Shown piece after piece: positions 43,500 to 57,990 of a DNA stretch of 64,000 nucleotides; within the stretch, counting starts at the first letter, position 1, and each line of letters begins with the position of its first letter. Source of the DNA: Camelus dromedarius (taxonomy: Eukaryota); NCBI RefSeq assembly GCF_036321535.1, contig NC_087472.1, positions 90,770,001-90,834,000 on the forward strand, read 5' to 3'. Both the position numbers and the translations under genes were made by a program. The notes beneath the pieces were generated by a model, which was given only the letters and a program-made list of their open reading frames with translations, searched no databases and was not told the DNA's origin.

Positions 43500-44100
43500 C
43501 CCAGCCCTCCAATACATCCTCTGTACTGACTTCTAGTTGCGCAGCTTTCCAGAACCAAGACCCATCATGGCGCTCTTCCTTCATTGGATTTCTGCATCTA
43601 GAAAAAAACCCAGCTTCTCAGCTGGGCATTTAAAACCTTCCACAATTTTCTCTTGACCTGCTTTTTTCACAGCTTCATCTTTTGTACCTGTATTCTGGCC
43701 ATGCTGTTGTAGCTACTGGTTCTGAATGCATCCTGCCCTCATCCACTTTCTGGGTCAAGCTCAAGCTTGCTTCTCAGCCTCACTGCCCACCCGCATCCCT
43801 CCACTGCCACATCTGGCAAAAGAGTCCTACCCATCCTCCACGCCTTTGCTCTGAATTATTTCCCCTGTTAGATCCCTGCATTTGGAAGTAATCTATCTTT
43901 TGTTTATATTCCCAGAATACTGGACCTTTCTCAAAGAACTCTGTGACAGTTTGCCTTTTTATCAGTTACTCCCAATGCCTCCCTCTGATGGAGATAGTGA
44001 ATGCCTTGGGAATGAGAACTGTGTCTTAATTCTCTTAATGTCCTCTATAGTACCTAGCACAATGTGACTATTTACTGGGTGCTCTGGAAATGTTTGGTAA
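43500..44100. mobile_element. L2 LINE fragment
   Basis: Pyrimidine-rich stretch ending ccttgggaatgagaactgtgtc...cctagcacaatg, like an L2 3' end. Confidence 0.5.
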
Positions 44101-47100
44101 AACCTAAAACTACAGGGAGGATGTCACATGAGTACCATCCAGGAGGTAATATGGAACATTCAGTTGGTTTTATTGGTAACATTATTTTTGGCCTTATTTG
44201 TAAGACTGGCAATGAGTATAATGGTAGGTAAAACCTTTCCCTTTACTTTATTAATAATCATCATTAGGTTCATTTATGTTAAATCTTTCAATATTTTAAA
44301 GGTCAGTCAAATAGGAAGAAAAAGCTGGGCTTGGCATTAGAAGTAAAATTTGATGTTACCCAGGAATAAAAATAGATTTGTAATATCTAATTGTTGCTGT
44401 TGTATAATATGTCTTCTTACCTCATTGGTCAAGAGTTCTGTCTTATTATTAGCATGCTTCCCTTCCATACCGTGACAGCCAGGCCAAGTGTTGGTGCAGA
44501 GTACTGAAGCTACCATTTATATGTATTTCATCATTTTCAGGGCACTTGAATGCATTTTGGGTCATTTAATCTTCCTAAAAGTTCTGTATGGAAGATGGAT
44601 GGAAGAATGCAGGTTCAGAGAGGTTCAAATGGTTTGACCCAGATTTCACATTCGCCAGTGGCAGAACCGAATTCAAATCCAGATTTTCTGACTCTAAATA
44701 GCCAACTCAACCTTGCAGCAGAGCATAAAGAAGAGTCATTCTATGTAAAAATCATTTACATGAAATTGTGCATTCTTTATAAATATCATTTATGTAGAAC
44801 TGTGGCACATTCCATGGAAGGTACCTTAACTTGAGGGAATAATTTTAGGACCAGACATGAATAAACCAGTCCATCTATGTGTGGTACAGTGATAACCACT
44901 TTACCCTGAAAGATGTCCAAGATGTCAAGAATGAGATGGTTTATTCTCTGAAAGAAAAAATAAATTACACCAGGGCTGCGTAAAGGTCCAAAATGAAGAA
45001 CCTGCTGTTAATGAAAATCTTTCTGTAAGTTATCTTGACCCTCAAGTAAAGGTCAGGATGACCTTCCTTCTTTCTCTGTCTACTTTATCACATTTTCACT
45101 TCCTCTCAAATCCCAAAGAAATATCTCTGCAGAGCTCCCCTCCTGGAAGTAGCCGGTCTGCTTCCCTTTGCTCTTCCTCTCCTGTTGTCTTGCATTTCTT
45201 CTCAAAGAGCTTCAGAGCCATAGCTTTGCCTTCATGGTCCTTGAATTCAGTGTTGCTTAAGGAGCCTTTAGTTCACCATTTCCTGTCTTTCCGCTGAGAG
45301 AATCCATGGGAGGTCATTAGATGCACCGCCCTCAGTGCCTGCCAAGCTGGCTGTATTTCCCAAGTCAGATGGGCTACATAATATGACAACTCCAAGCATG
45401 CTTTTAGAGAAAACGGGGAAGAATATTTAAAATTGGGAGTGTCCCATGTCCTTCGGACATGTACTTACTATATCTGTGTATTTTGTGTTCCTTTATTCTG
45501 TAGGAAGAACTTGTCTCCAAATGACACTTAGCAAAGGAAAGAGGCTTGGAGATCACAATTCCTGACCAGACATCTTATTGAATTCTGTTATTCTTATTCA
45601 TGACCCCTCCCCACCATCCCCTTGAAAACAGGAAGTGGCTAATTAGGAAGTGTCTCAGGGGTGTCTTATCTCTGTCTTTAGAATTCCATTTCTCCCAATT
45701 GTTGCATGGAGCATTCAATAAATATTTGTTGAATAAGTTAATGAATAAATGAATTGAAATGAAGCTGAATTTATTTTCCTTGTAGCACTCATGCATGTAC
45801 TTTTGGCTGAAATTCTTTTTACAACCTAATTTCATAGAGAAAAGCCTTTTGAAAGCTTTTCTTCTGCTTGCTTTTCAGAATACGTCCCTGTTACAAACTT
45901 CTTTGATTAGCGCCAAGCATTGCTTTGTCATAAATTTAGAACGTTCAAAATTCATTTTCTAAATCCTAAGCCCTGCGTGTCTCCCCCCCACTGGCATTCT
46001 CTGATTCTTGGCTTATGCCACAAAGATAAGGCGGAAGCTCTGAGCAAAAGCTTAGAATTTTCTCAATAGTGTCTCTCATAAATTTGAGTGACTAGTGACT
46101 TAGACAATCTTTGACGTTTCACTTCTGCATAGTGTCTCACCCTCATACCACAGATAACTGATTCACCTGTTTGGTAGACCAGTTGGATGTTGAGAATTTG
46201 CTCCATTGTGTATCCTTGGCGTTGCAAAAGTTTTCTTTTTTCCTGCCTAGATTAAAGCCTACAATCTCCTGACTTAAATCTGTAGTGGCACCTTATGACG
46301 TATTTTTCTCTGCACTGTCTAAATGAACTCAGACTTGCTCTGAAATTCTATGTACGACCCTAACAATGAAAAGGTACCCTTTATGAGAGACAAAAACCCA
46401 TTCTCATTCTGCTGCCTGCACATCAAATTCATTAGGTTGCTCCCAAGTCTAAACGGAGGGTAAATGCTAACCTGATCCGCTGTGAAGCGTAAAGTTAATT
46501 CTAGTTGTTAGGAGATGTAACATGACAACGGGGGACTCTAGGCTCTTAGTACCTACTCAGTACCTTTCATGTGTCTTTTTTTGGGTGACCAGTCACGATG
46601 CAGCCTCAGTCTGAGTTTCCTCTTGCTCCTTTTCATTCCTCCAGTGGTTATACAGATCGTTAATGTTACGGTCAGAGAAGTTCTAGATCAGTTACTTGTA
46701 CCACTGAGTTAAACTAGCTGGAGATCGTGATCCTGTTGCTTTGCCTTGTAAATGATGGGTGACTGAGCCTGGGGCTGGTGGTTTTCAGTCTTCACAGTCT
46801 CAGGACGTCTTTATTCCGTGTTCCTTCCTTAGGTCTTCGTATGAGTCTCAAATGGTGGTGAGGAGATGGCCAAGAGGAAGGGAAGCTGAAGGGGGTCAGG
46901 AGTGGGCGTTCCAAGCAGTAAGGAGCATAAACAGGGGTGTCAGGGAGGAGCAGCAGCGCATGATTGGGAAACCGCAAGCCATGTGTGACTTCTGTAACAG
47001 GGCAAGAAGCGGGAGGAGATGAGACCAGGCAGGTGGGGAAGGACACGGTGCCATGCTGCGGCTCCTCACCTGGTACAGGGAGCCACTCCTGGGTGCCAGC

Positions 47101-48424
47101 CAGCAGTCATGCTGTTGGATTTACACTTCGATGCGTCACTCGGGCAGCTGTGTTGGGAGTGAGCGTGAAAAGCACGATCCAGGAAGAAGGAAGTCAAACT
47201 GGGCATGAGTGTGGAAGCCCAGGAAAGAGATGGTAAGGGCCTAAAGGAAGGTTGTAGAAATGGGGAGGATGGGCTGAATCTGAGTGCTGTTTTAGGGGAG
47301 GGGCTGAGCTGTTTGGCTGCTTCCGTGGGTCTGGGGAGGGGAGGCACCAGTCCCAGTTCCGGCCCGTGCTTGGCGAGACGGTGGTTGCTGGCAGCGGGGA
47401 CCGACGATGCGGGAGGAGTAGGGGCAGGTTGGTTCTTTCGCTCAGCCGTGTTGATAGAGGGCCCTCCTGAAGGGTCGAGTAGCTGGAAGGTGGTGAATGG
47501 GCTACAGGAGACGGTGAGTTTGAGGCGCCGGTGACTCAGCCACGTACACGTGTCTGACAGTGAGAAGGGGAGCTGTGGAGCTTGCGGGACAGGTGTGGGC
47601 CAGAGAGGACAGAGCTGTGAGGCACCAGCTCACCAATGAAGTTGAAACTGAGAGTGAATTTATCTCCCCAGGGAGCGCGTGGCTGATGGAGGGCACTGGG
47701 CCTGGGAGAACTCTGGAAGATGCAAACATTAAAATGTTTATTTAGTTACTTTGATCCTTTAATCCACACAGAGTATGAGATATCTGAAGGATTCGGAAGG
47801 CATATGGAGAACCGTGAGCCTCTCTCCAGCCCTGTCCCCTGGCTGTGGTGCTCCCAGCTCTGGAGCCCAGCCACCACCTTTTCTGGCTTCTCATGTACCC
47901 TTTCAAGGATATTCTCCACGTATGCAGATATTTACACATGTTTGTGGGTTTGGGGATTATTTCACACAGTGCTGTGTAGTATTCCCACTGGTCTTCTGGT
48001 GGTACTTAAAGATCCCTGATTTCTTTCCATGTGCTGGAGGAATATGCCAGAAAAAGAGGGGAGGAGAGCATGGGAGTGGTAGGAGCAGCTTCCCAGAGGA
48101 GGCAGGAGGGAGAGGGGCAGCAGGGCACAGGAGGAGGCATGGTTTTGAGTGGGAGAAGGGCCCCCTGAGAAAATAGCATTGTAGGTGAGGAACTCAGGGT
48201 AGGGAAGGGGGGCCAGGAAGATAACACTGAATGTTAACTTTCCAATAGACATCCTTGGTAATTAGTACAGAAACAGATTCTGACAGCTGGTCTGTACATG
48301 GCTATTAAGTTGGATTAGGGGGAAAAGAGGAGTATACAAGAAATGCAATGAAACGGGGCCTTCATGTCACTTGGCAGTTTGAGCCCCCAAGCAAAGGGCC
48401 GCAGCGCCTTTTTATTTTTATTTC

Positions 48425-48915
48425 TTTATTTCATTTTTTAGTAAGGAGAGACTTTATTTGAAAGGATTATTGCATGTGGGGAGAGGGACTATTGCCATAG
48501 GGAGCATGCAAGTGTGTAAAGAGTTAGGCAAAAAGTGGTTTTCTTTCACAGAGAGGAGTGACAAAGCTGGAGGCTCTTTTGCCCTGAGCCCAGTCAGCTC
48601 TCGGGAGGGCCGGCATCCTGGGCCAGGCTGAGAGTGGGCCAAAGTTCAGAGGCCCGGAGGAAGGAGGGATGCTTAGCCACAGTTTGATTAACAAGCATTT
48701 TGTCCAGTTGATCAGTGGGAATGAAACAGTTCAGGTAATCCTTTATTAGGCAAAGGATGGGAATTAGTAGGATTCGTGTCTAGCCTTGTCTTCGGTCAGC
48801 AGTGGGGCATCCTTGAGCGTTACCTTAGTCATTTGGGGAAGGATGGTTTTTTGTTGTAATCTTTTTTTCCAGGACATGACAGGGAGGGGGATTTCTCCAC
48901 CCTTGCTCTTTTCAG
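48425..48915. mobile_element. Probable solo LTR
   Basis: ~490 bp with antisense poly(A)-signal-like gactttattt near one end and LTR-like composition; family not identified. Confidence 0.35.
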
Positions 48916-49809
48916 GTAATTTTCCACACTGTCGATGATAAAACGTCCAGGACCCAAAGTCACTCGATGCAGAGCCTTTTTAGATAAAGGGAGCTAGTTT
49001 CCCCCCAGACCACCAGGCTCTTTCATGGCAAGAGAAGCCACTGTATGGAGGGAAGCGGAAGGGCCTACCCATTGCATTTAATAAGCTGTGCATGAGGCAA
49101 GCGCCTCAGCTCTCCCCAGGCAGGGACGGCACTTACTCGGGCTGGGGTCACCATGTTTCAGAGGCTCAGTTTCTAACTAACCAATCCGATACTTAGATCT
49201 CCTTCGGTCTATCCAGAGTTAATCACAGCTGGAGGGGACCAGTTCATCCTATCCAATTCATGGATGTAAATAGATTACCCAGAATGGCAATTTATTTCCC
49301 CCTTTATCCAAATTCTCCCTCTTTTTAACTGTCTTGTTATACTAAGTGTATTTATGTTGCATTAAATCTTTTTGGGGCAACAGCGAGAGGTTTAAGTACA
49401 AATAGTAAATCTATTTAGATGGGGAATGTATATATTTTTTAAAGACTGGAGTTGTCACTCCATTCTAGAGTCCTCTGTCTTAGATGTCTTGGAGATGAAA
49501 ACCAAAATAAAATTGTCCGCTGAGCCTGGATCTTGGCATAGGAGATTGGATAGTTATGAAGACTACTTCATATCACAGGGAAACCAGAGTACCCCTCTAA
49601 TGAGAATAATATTCACAACTTACTGGTACAACTGCCATCTTCCTAGAATAGGCTGGATAAAAGCTGAAATTCTTAAAATCCAGTTTCCCTTTTTAGATCT
49701 TCCATGAAGACCCTCATCCTCCTCTTGGCTTTTATTACCAGACCATCCTGCTATAATAGAATTGACTGTACTGTTAAGTTTCCTTAGTTACTTTCCAGGC
49801 CTGAGGATA

Positions 49810-50640
49810 TCATTCCATTCACTTGAACAGATAATTAGTGAATGCTTAACAGGTTTTTCAACCTGCCAGGAGTATATAAAGGAACAAGCCTTAGTTCTTA
49901 CCCTCCTGGAGCTCAAAATTTAATAAAAAGGCATTAAAATATAAAGAACTAATTAGAACCCAGTGTTACAAGTGATCGAGGGGCACAGAGGTGAAGGATT
50001 AATTCTGTGTGAGGGATCGAAGAGACTTTAACAAAGAGAGTTGAAGATAAAGATTGAATAGGAGTTTTCCAGGCTGCGAGAGTGGAGGGTAAGGATGAGC
50101 TTTCCAGACTGCTGGGGCAGCGAGCAATGTGGGGCCAGAGCACAAGATGAAAGGATCAAGAGAGTAGTGGTGTGGTAGGTGCAGTCCCACTGTTTAAATG
50201 GCTTCATGTGTCAGACAAAGGAGTTTGGATTTTATTTTATAAGCAGTTGATCAGTGAAGGTTTTTTGAGGTGGGGATGATTGAGAAAAATAATTACAGGC
50301 AGGGAGCTAAAGCCATGGAGATTGGTAGAAGGAAAGTGGAATCATTCATTGGAAGATGGACAGGTTCTGAACTAAGAATATCTTAGGCAAGTGAAGAAGG
50401 AATGAAGAAACGGGAAGGTCACTGAATGAATGAGGCCAGGGGAGATGGGAAAGGGATGAACTGCGTGTTACGAAATTGTTTAATGAGGGAACTGGGAAAT
50501 AATCATTAAAAAACAAAACAACATAGAACACACAAGAAAAGCTACTGATTAGCCAAGGTCAATGGATAGAGAAAAAGAACTATGTATTAGGCATACTGAG
50601 TTCTGTTTGCCCAAGGAGATTCAAGTGGAAATGTCCTATA
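49810..50640. mobile_element. L2 LINE fragment
   Basis: cattccattcact...ccctcctggagctca...aggagtttggattttattt...caagtggaaatgtcc are L2 motifs. Confidence 0.65.
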
Positions 50641-50924
50641 CTGATTTTATGTATTCACTTTCCAAGAAGGAATTTAAAAAAAAAAAGAAGAAGAAGAAAG
50701 AAAGCCTAGTAGTAAGATTCCTGAAATATAATCAGTAAATCAGTGAACATAGTAGAGATTGGCTTAGTTGATATAACTGTGTTTAAAATTCGGTCTGAGG
50801 TTCCCTGCAGGCAGGGGGAGAAGAGGAAACAGTGATTTGTCTCTCTCTCAATGTTGGATGAAAGAAGCATGCAATTTTCTAAGGAAACACCATAGTTTTC
50901 TTGGCTCTAAATAACAGTAAAAAC

Positions 50925-51125
50925 AAATAGCTGTCATTTGACTGCTTGCTATGGACCGGAACTGTTTTGAGTACATGTAAGATCTTATTTAATCCTCACA
51001 ACAACCCTATGAAGAAGAGGCTGTTTCCCAAATAAAGACTCCGCGGCACAGAGTATGAAGGACATGTCATACAGCTAGCAAGGCATGGGGCCTGGATTCA
51101 AACTCAGGCATTCCTGGACTCATAA
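50925..51125. mobile_element. MIR SINE
   Basis: atttaatcctcacaacaaccctatgaag...gggcctggattcaaactcaggc. Confidence 0.75.
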
Positions 51126-53214
51126 CAGTGTTAATGCTTGGTGTGATTGCTGGCTAGTGTCCTTATCAGTATTTTTATGACAAAGACCAAAGGAAATTTT
51201 ATGTGGCTGCCTCTAGTGCCCTTTATTAATTGTGGCTATCTTACCACTAAAGACCAAACAAATGATGACAGTTCTCCATAGACGGTGGTCACTGTTGCCC
51301 AAAATGTGTTCTGCAGAATACCTCTAAGATAATCTAAAGAAAACTGATTCTAAAGACAGATAAACTTTGGAAATGGTTGTACTGGAAAGTCTTGATTAAT
51401 CTGCATTTGCATTAAAGAATACGGGAAAAACTTGATTAGTTTTGTTTAACCCAGCGTTGGTTGCACATACTTGTCCTCAGCCCAATTCTAATGTTCTGTA
51501 GATCTTACTTTGGTAAGAAATTCAAGTCTGTTCTAATGCCTGTGCAGAGGAAGCCTGGATTTTTCTCACAAAAGTAACTTCTGATTTGTTCTAGTAGTAA
51601 AGCCCTAGAAACCCAGAGACCAAAATGATTTAGTCTGGAAAATTCAAAGATATGTGTTAAATCATCTCTCATAACAATAGAAAATTCTATGTAGTTTTTT
51701 TATGGAGCATCCCACTGTGAGTGGCCTGGCTTTGTAATTAAACTACCAAAAAGAATTTCCACCAGTAACTTTACAAAGTTAACTTGTTAAGTGGAGTGCT
51801 TAATTCTTGGTAATTGATTGAATTTCAAAGGATGTCTATACCAAAGACAGCAACTTTGTTTCTATCACAGTTACTGTTTGATTTTGCTTTTTAAGTTGTT
51901 AGATACAAAGGCCAGTTGTTACTTGAGGCCTCTCCTGGGTTGTGATCTAAAAGTGTGTTATCAACACATGGGAAGATATTAAGAGGAATGCAGGGGTAAC
52001 ATTCATCTCCGTGACAGATTAAGGTATACGTTTGAAAGATGTGTGGCTAGTATATGGTCCTGTGTAATGCCACTTGCGGAAGCTGATTCTTTGTCTGGCA
52101 CTGAAGTTTTAGAGGTAACTGATCAGTGAATCAACCTTGTGTGACTTGGTGCTTAGCAAGTTTAAGTTCACAGAACCCATGGCTAATGGAGACATCCAGG
52201 AGACTACTGAAAAAGAAAGATCTGGAGTCTAGAAGGGAAGTCTGGGTTGAGGAGTAGTGGGTTGGGGAGATGGGGTCATGAGCTTAGAGGAGCTAGAAGC
52301 CTTGGGAAAGGACAGGGTCCTCCTTAGGAAGAGAATATATGTGGAAAGAAGACCAAGGACCTCCTGGTGTGCGTGACTGTAGTTGGCTGTACCCAGTTAG
52401 AAATGATTTCCTGCTGTGTTAATACTGCTGCAGATGACTACCTTTATTTATTTATTTATTTATTTTTACTATGTTAATAATTAAAGTTGGCCTTTTTCTG
52501 TATCTCCAAAATCTGGGTTACCTTTTGGTGCCACTCTGTCTGCTAACTACAGGTTATAAGTAAATCCATATGATCCTTTTTCTATAATTTCCTAGTAAAT
52601 CAGGGTGATTATTTCAAAGATAGGAGTAACCTATAGTTCCAGCTTTAGCCCTGAGCATAGTTCCCGGTCCTTTTGCATTAGTGTGAGGTTTGTCCCATAT
52701 GCCAGACGGTGAGCTCTTGAAGGGAAAGGGACCATGTCTCACGTATCTTTCTCTCTCTAGTGCTGGGTGTAGAAATATGTGTTGATTAAGTGAATGGATG
52801 AATGCCCTTTGGAGGTTTCCTGTTCCCTGCTGGATTTTTTGGCTGACTTTCACCTGTCTTCTTGTTTTTCTCATTTCTTATGTTGTTGTTCTTCCCACAA
52901 ATCCTTTAATATACCTCTTTGGGTTGTCGTAACATTTTCCATTCAACTGGAAACATTGAAGTTGTTTAAGTTAGCCCAGACTGGAGCATTTTCTGGGCTT
53001 ATTTTTAGGCTCTTTCTTAAAATCATCATCTGAAAATCGTGAGAAGTGTCTACGTAGATAAGTCTGCAGGCATATACACACCATTTTTCTCTTACGTACG
53101 TGGATTGAACTTGATTCCGTCATATAGTAGGAGAGAGCATTGGAAAGTTACTGACCTCACTGGGGAAATATTTTTTGTAGTATGAGAAATAGGATTTTAA
53201 ATCTAGAACTTGTT

Positions 53215-53690
53215 TTTATAAGAGCTTTATCAAGATATAATTAACATACAATTCACTCATTTAAAGTGTATAAGTCACTAGTTATTCACAGAGTTGTGCA
53301 ACCATTGTCACATTATCAATTTTAGGACAATTTCCTCACCCAAAAAAGAAACCCCATACTCATTTTCAGTCACTCTCCATTTCTCCCAAAGCAATACCAC
53401 CCCAGCCCTAGACAATCAATGATCTACTTTGTTTCTATGGATTTGCTTATTCTGGACATTTCATGGAAATAGAATCATACAATATATCTGTAGCTGGCTT
53501 CTGTCACATAGCAGAATATTTTAAAAGGATACCCATGTTGTCGCCTTTATTAGTACTTCATTTTTGTTAGTGAATGATACTCTGTCATTTGGAAATACAT
53601 TTCTTAAATTCATCCAGCAGTGAATGGACATTTCAGTTGTTTTCACTTATTGGCTATTATGGATAATATGGCCATGAACATTTGTGTCTG
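53215..53690 (-). mobile_element. L1MB-type 3' fragment
   Basis: acatacaattcactcatttaaagtgta...tattcacagagttgtgcaacca...ctatggatttgcttattctggacatttcat. Confidence 0.85.
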
Positions 53691-54652
53691 AGTATAAGGA
53701 CTTACTTTTTTTAAATGATCCTGTAGTTTCTGTCACTGTAATAGAGGAATCCATAGGATCAGATGTGGCAAAAGTGCACAGCAGTGCACGCCGGGAAGTG
53801 AAAAACAGGCCATCAGGATAAATTTACTGGGAGAACTTAAGGCCAAGTCTAACTACTCTTGAGGGACTCAAGCCGGGACACACAAAACTTAAAATTATGA
53901 TTCTCCTACAGACTGTTACTGCTTTTTGCTGACCAAAGACAAAGTTTGATGTTTTACTGTATTTGTCTGAAACACACTTTCCCCAATGGTACTATTCCTG
54001 GACTACACTTCCTTATTTCTGAAACCTTCCCAATCAGAGTGTGCTTTTTGAATGGTTAAGACTAGTCAGTGTCCTTTTTGTCTTGGGTTTTGTTCCTCTT
54101 CCTTATTTCCAGGTATAACAGTTAGGATTGTGTTTTTTTTTAATGCATTCTTCTCTTCTTGTGTTGAACTTTTGATGAATACATGTATTATTAGACAGTG
54201 CTGTGTTAGTCTCTGATCAGGAATTTGTGGAAAAGAAAAGTCTCAGTCACTGAAGATAAAAAATACCTAAAGCCAGTTAATACTCTCAGGTTCTGTCTCA
54301 TGGAACTCAAACAAGATATAGATAGATATGTCAAGGGCATAGCTTGAGAATAGAGTATATCTATGAACTCTGTAGACTTGGTCTGAACAGTTTATTACAG
54401 CAGTAAGCTATGGACCAAAATTGATAACTTTGTCACATGCCTAGCAGATTTGGTCAAATCTAAGGAAATCTCATCCTAGCGATCTTATTGCCTCAGTGAT
54501 TTCATTTGGCCCAGATGCTCAGCTTTGATACACTTTACTGTAACACAGATGATGGAAGATACACAGTAATTCCCAGATTCTGGGGTAGCTACAATGAATG
54601 GTGGGGCAGGGGGCTAGAATTAGAGAGAGCAAATGATGACTCAGTTTCTAAG

Positions 54653-54655
<3 letters not shown>

Positions 54656-54724
<69 letters not shown>
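54656..54724. repeat. (TA)n microsatellite, ~34 units
   Basis: Directly visible perfect TA run. Confidence 0.95.
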
Positions 54725-54728
<4 letters not shown>

Positions 54729-57700
54729 TTCTGTCAAGCTCAATACGTCTTTCTTTTGGTAAGAAGCTTTCAGCACACCCGAGATTCCAAATCTAAGAAG
54801 TACAGAATATATAGAGAAAGAAGTCATAACAATTATGAACGCTTAGAGCGGGCTGGGCCTGGTTCTCACCAAGTTGTTCGTGTGGAATACAGAGCACAGT
54901 GGCTCACCGATCCTACTGATGGGATGAGTGTGGAAGTCGGTTGTCTGGCTTCAGCAAGTGACAGAGCCTAGCTGTCAGTCAAGGTCTTTCTGACTCCAAA
55001 ACCATGCTCTCAAACCCTATTCTAATTATCGCCTCAGCCATGGGTGGTAGAAGGCACCAAAAGGGCAGTGTGCCAAAAAGAAATTCTTAATTTTTCTGTA
55101 CATGCTTCAGCATCACCTTTAAAGCGCAGATATCACTGGAAGAAATGGTACATTATTATAAAATCCCAGTAAGGTTTATTCAGTAGGAAAGGGGTTGGAA
55201 ATAAAGAGCTCGGAATGCATTAAAAGAGGACAATATTAAGAGACAAGGATTAGAGACAGGAGCCTGGGGGTTCCTGCCATTTTTTACTATTTTGCTTAAG
55301 GCAGACCTAAAATATGCATACTTTTACTTCCCACCCTGTGAGCATCTCCTTAATTAACAATGGGAGTGCCAAGGCATATTAATGTCTCTTTCCATCTAGT
55401 TTAGGGGTATTTTTGACTGTGTTAGATACAATTTTACAGTATTGCTTTAAATATTTTAATTATAATTGGAAAAGGCGCTGTGCAATTTCCAGTTTTTTAA
55501 ATACCTCATGCTTGTGGAATTTGTCTTCCTCTTTTTTTTAGAAAGTGCTAATTTCCTAGATTTATAGTTGCTGTAATAGTTCTGTATGATTTACTACATT
55601 TGCCTGAATCCAGATTGGTGGATATGATTTAGCTGTTTTTAATACTGTATCAGGCTAAAGCTGGATTTCTCTGGGTCTCATCTTTTTAGATGCAAACCTT
55701 TGTAGTTGTTCCCACTTTATGAAATAGATCCTGTGTGCGTGTTCATGCTTTAATATACAGTTTAATACATAAGACTATTAAGAAGACCTTGATCACTGGA
55801 AAGTGATCCTCATACAACTATATAATTACATGCAGTAGGGACGTTTCATTAAAAGAGTAGAAAACCTACAATGAAAACACATGACATCTGTAAATTAAGA
55901 GGATTACAGAAAGATTGAAGTAATGTTCTTTATTATAGCTAGCATGTAGGTAGTTGTGACTACTGGCCGGGCCAGATGCTGTCATGTTTTCAGCAGGTAG
56001 AGGTAAGGCCAATTTGAGTCATCTCTTATATCCATTAGCTAGTTGAGAAAGATGAGCGTAACTTTGTATCTGGACAACCACGCTTATACGTGTGATGACA
56101 CAAAATGAATCAGATAGAGCTACATAGTTGTAGAATGGAGGGATTTTTGTAAGCTCTATGGAGAATAACAAATTAATAATGAATGGGAGACTTCTTCTTT
56201 AGCAAGAGTGGTTACAGGAAGAAATTGTGGCGGCAGACGCCATGTGAAGTGAATTTGAATTAGTGTTCTTTAGGGAGCTACCAGAGAAATATGATTTACA
56301 AGATAATCAAGGACATAAATATATTCTCCGTGGAGTAATTGTCTGATCCCTGACATATATTCCTGTGTATTGATATGACTCCACAAATACATTCCAACAG
56401 TTAGAGAATCAACAGGGGTGAAATGTACATGTGTAACTTCAAGAATAGCAAAATATATATTGGTAGCAATATAAATTGACAGCCGACTGTTATAATGAGC
56501 AGATTGTGCACTTGTGGTTAAGGTTTAAAACCACTCACCTTGGAACAGTGTTAAGTATCTCACTGATCTTTTGTGGGAATGATATCCCCTATGTGCTTTA
56601 TAAATATTGCATCCCAAAAAACTAGCATTATGATATACTTGAAAAGGTCTTGACATAGATGTTTTTAAATATAAGGAGACAACTTAATTCATAAGGGCTA
56701 AATGGCTTCGTTTTGTAACCCCTAACACAGCTCTATAACGATGACCACATGTATTAGGAAATGTTTAGTAAACGTTATCTCTAGTTCAACCCTTTGAACA
56801 TTCATTTTTCTTGATAATCTTCATGAAAATTTATAAATACCTGTAAAAGAGAATTTAGACTTAAAGAACTTTGTATTTTACTTGGTTTCTGGCCGAGATA
56901 TTTCTTTTGTGCTATTTCTGGTGCTATTTCTGGCTTTTCAGACCTTTAACCTAACAGCTTGTCCCACCTGAGAGCTTCAGGAGGAAAAACTAGTTCCTCA
57001 AAATCAAGTTGGTTATTGAGCATAATAGAAAGTGTATGTTTGTCACATATTTGTTTAGGAAACGGCACTTGTTTGGCTCATTGAACCCTGTTTTGGTAAA
57101 TTGAGATTTGAATGAGTACTAAGGGAACCTTGACCAGACATCTACATAATCAACATGTCCTGGTAGGCTTCTGATGAAGATACCGTTAGTTTTCAATTTA
57201 AGGCATCTTCTTCTGCTTCTGCCGTTTATCCAGTAGTATGTAATATATGGAGTGGAAAAAAAATGAGAACACCACAGCTGAGCTGCAAAACAAGATGAAC
57301 ATCTCTGTGGGCCAGAAACGGGGAGGTATGGCCAACAGGACAGGGTGAGCAGTGTGTGGGGCTACCTTGGTGGACTGTCAACTCCTGCTCTAGTAACAGG
57401 GATTAAATTCTTCTCACCAGGTGGGGACACAGAGCCAGGAATTTGAAATCAGGGCCCCACAAAAACACATCTGGAGAGACACATACTAACCCACTTATAC
57501 TTGAAAGGAAAATGAAAAAAAAAAAACAATTTGGACTGTGGCAGGGGACTACAGCTCATGTGTAGCCATGGACCTAATGAGTAGAGCCTGGAAAAGAAGT
57601 GAAGAGTGTGGTGGTTGAGAAGGGGAGCATCACAGCCTTGAAACAAGCAGCTGAACCACGCTGCCTGGAGATGAAATTAGCAGTCAGTGCCTTCGTATCG

Positions 57701-57853
57701 CTCAATGCAGGAGCTGCAAATTACCAAGATAAGACGTAGCTCCAGACTAGAGGCCCTGCTCCGAGTGGGAACAGCCATAAAAGCACTTGACAGAAGCAAG
57801 TTCAGAAGGAGAGGGAAACAGGAAACACACCCTATCCCTTTCAGAATGTGCCT

Positions 57854-57985
57854 GAGGGAGGGAGGGAAGAGGCGAGGAAGAAAGAAAGGAAAGAGGGAGG
57901 GAGGGAGGGAGGGAGGAGGCGAGGAAGGAAGAAAGGAGGGAGGGAGGGAGGGAGGGAGAAAGGAGGGAGGAAGGGAAGAGGCGAT
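57854..57985 (+). repeat. Purine-rich (GGAG/GGAA)n low-complexity tract with three GAGGCGA motifs
   Basis: Directly visible. Confidence 0.9.
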
Positions 57986-57990
57986 CGCCT

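Noticed and set aside
56905..56935. Tandem duplication gtgctatttctg x2
   Set aside because: A trivial 12-bp slippage duplication with no further structure.
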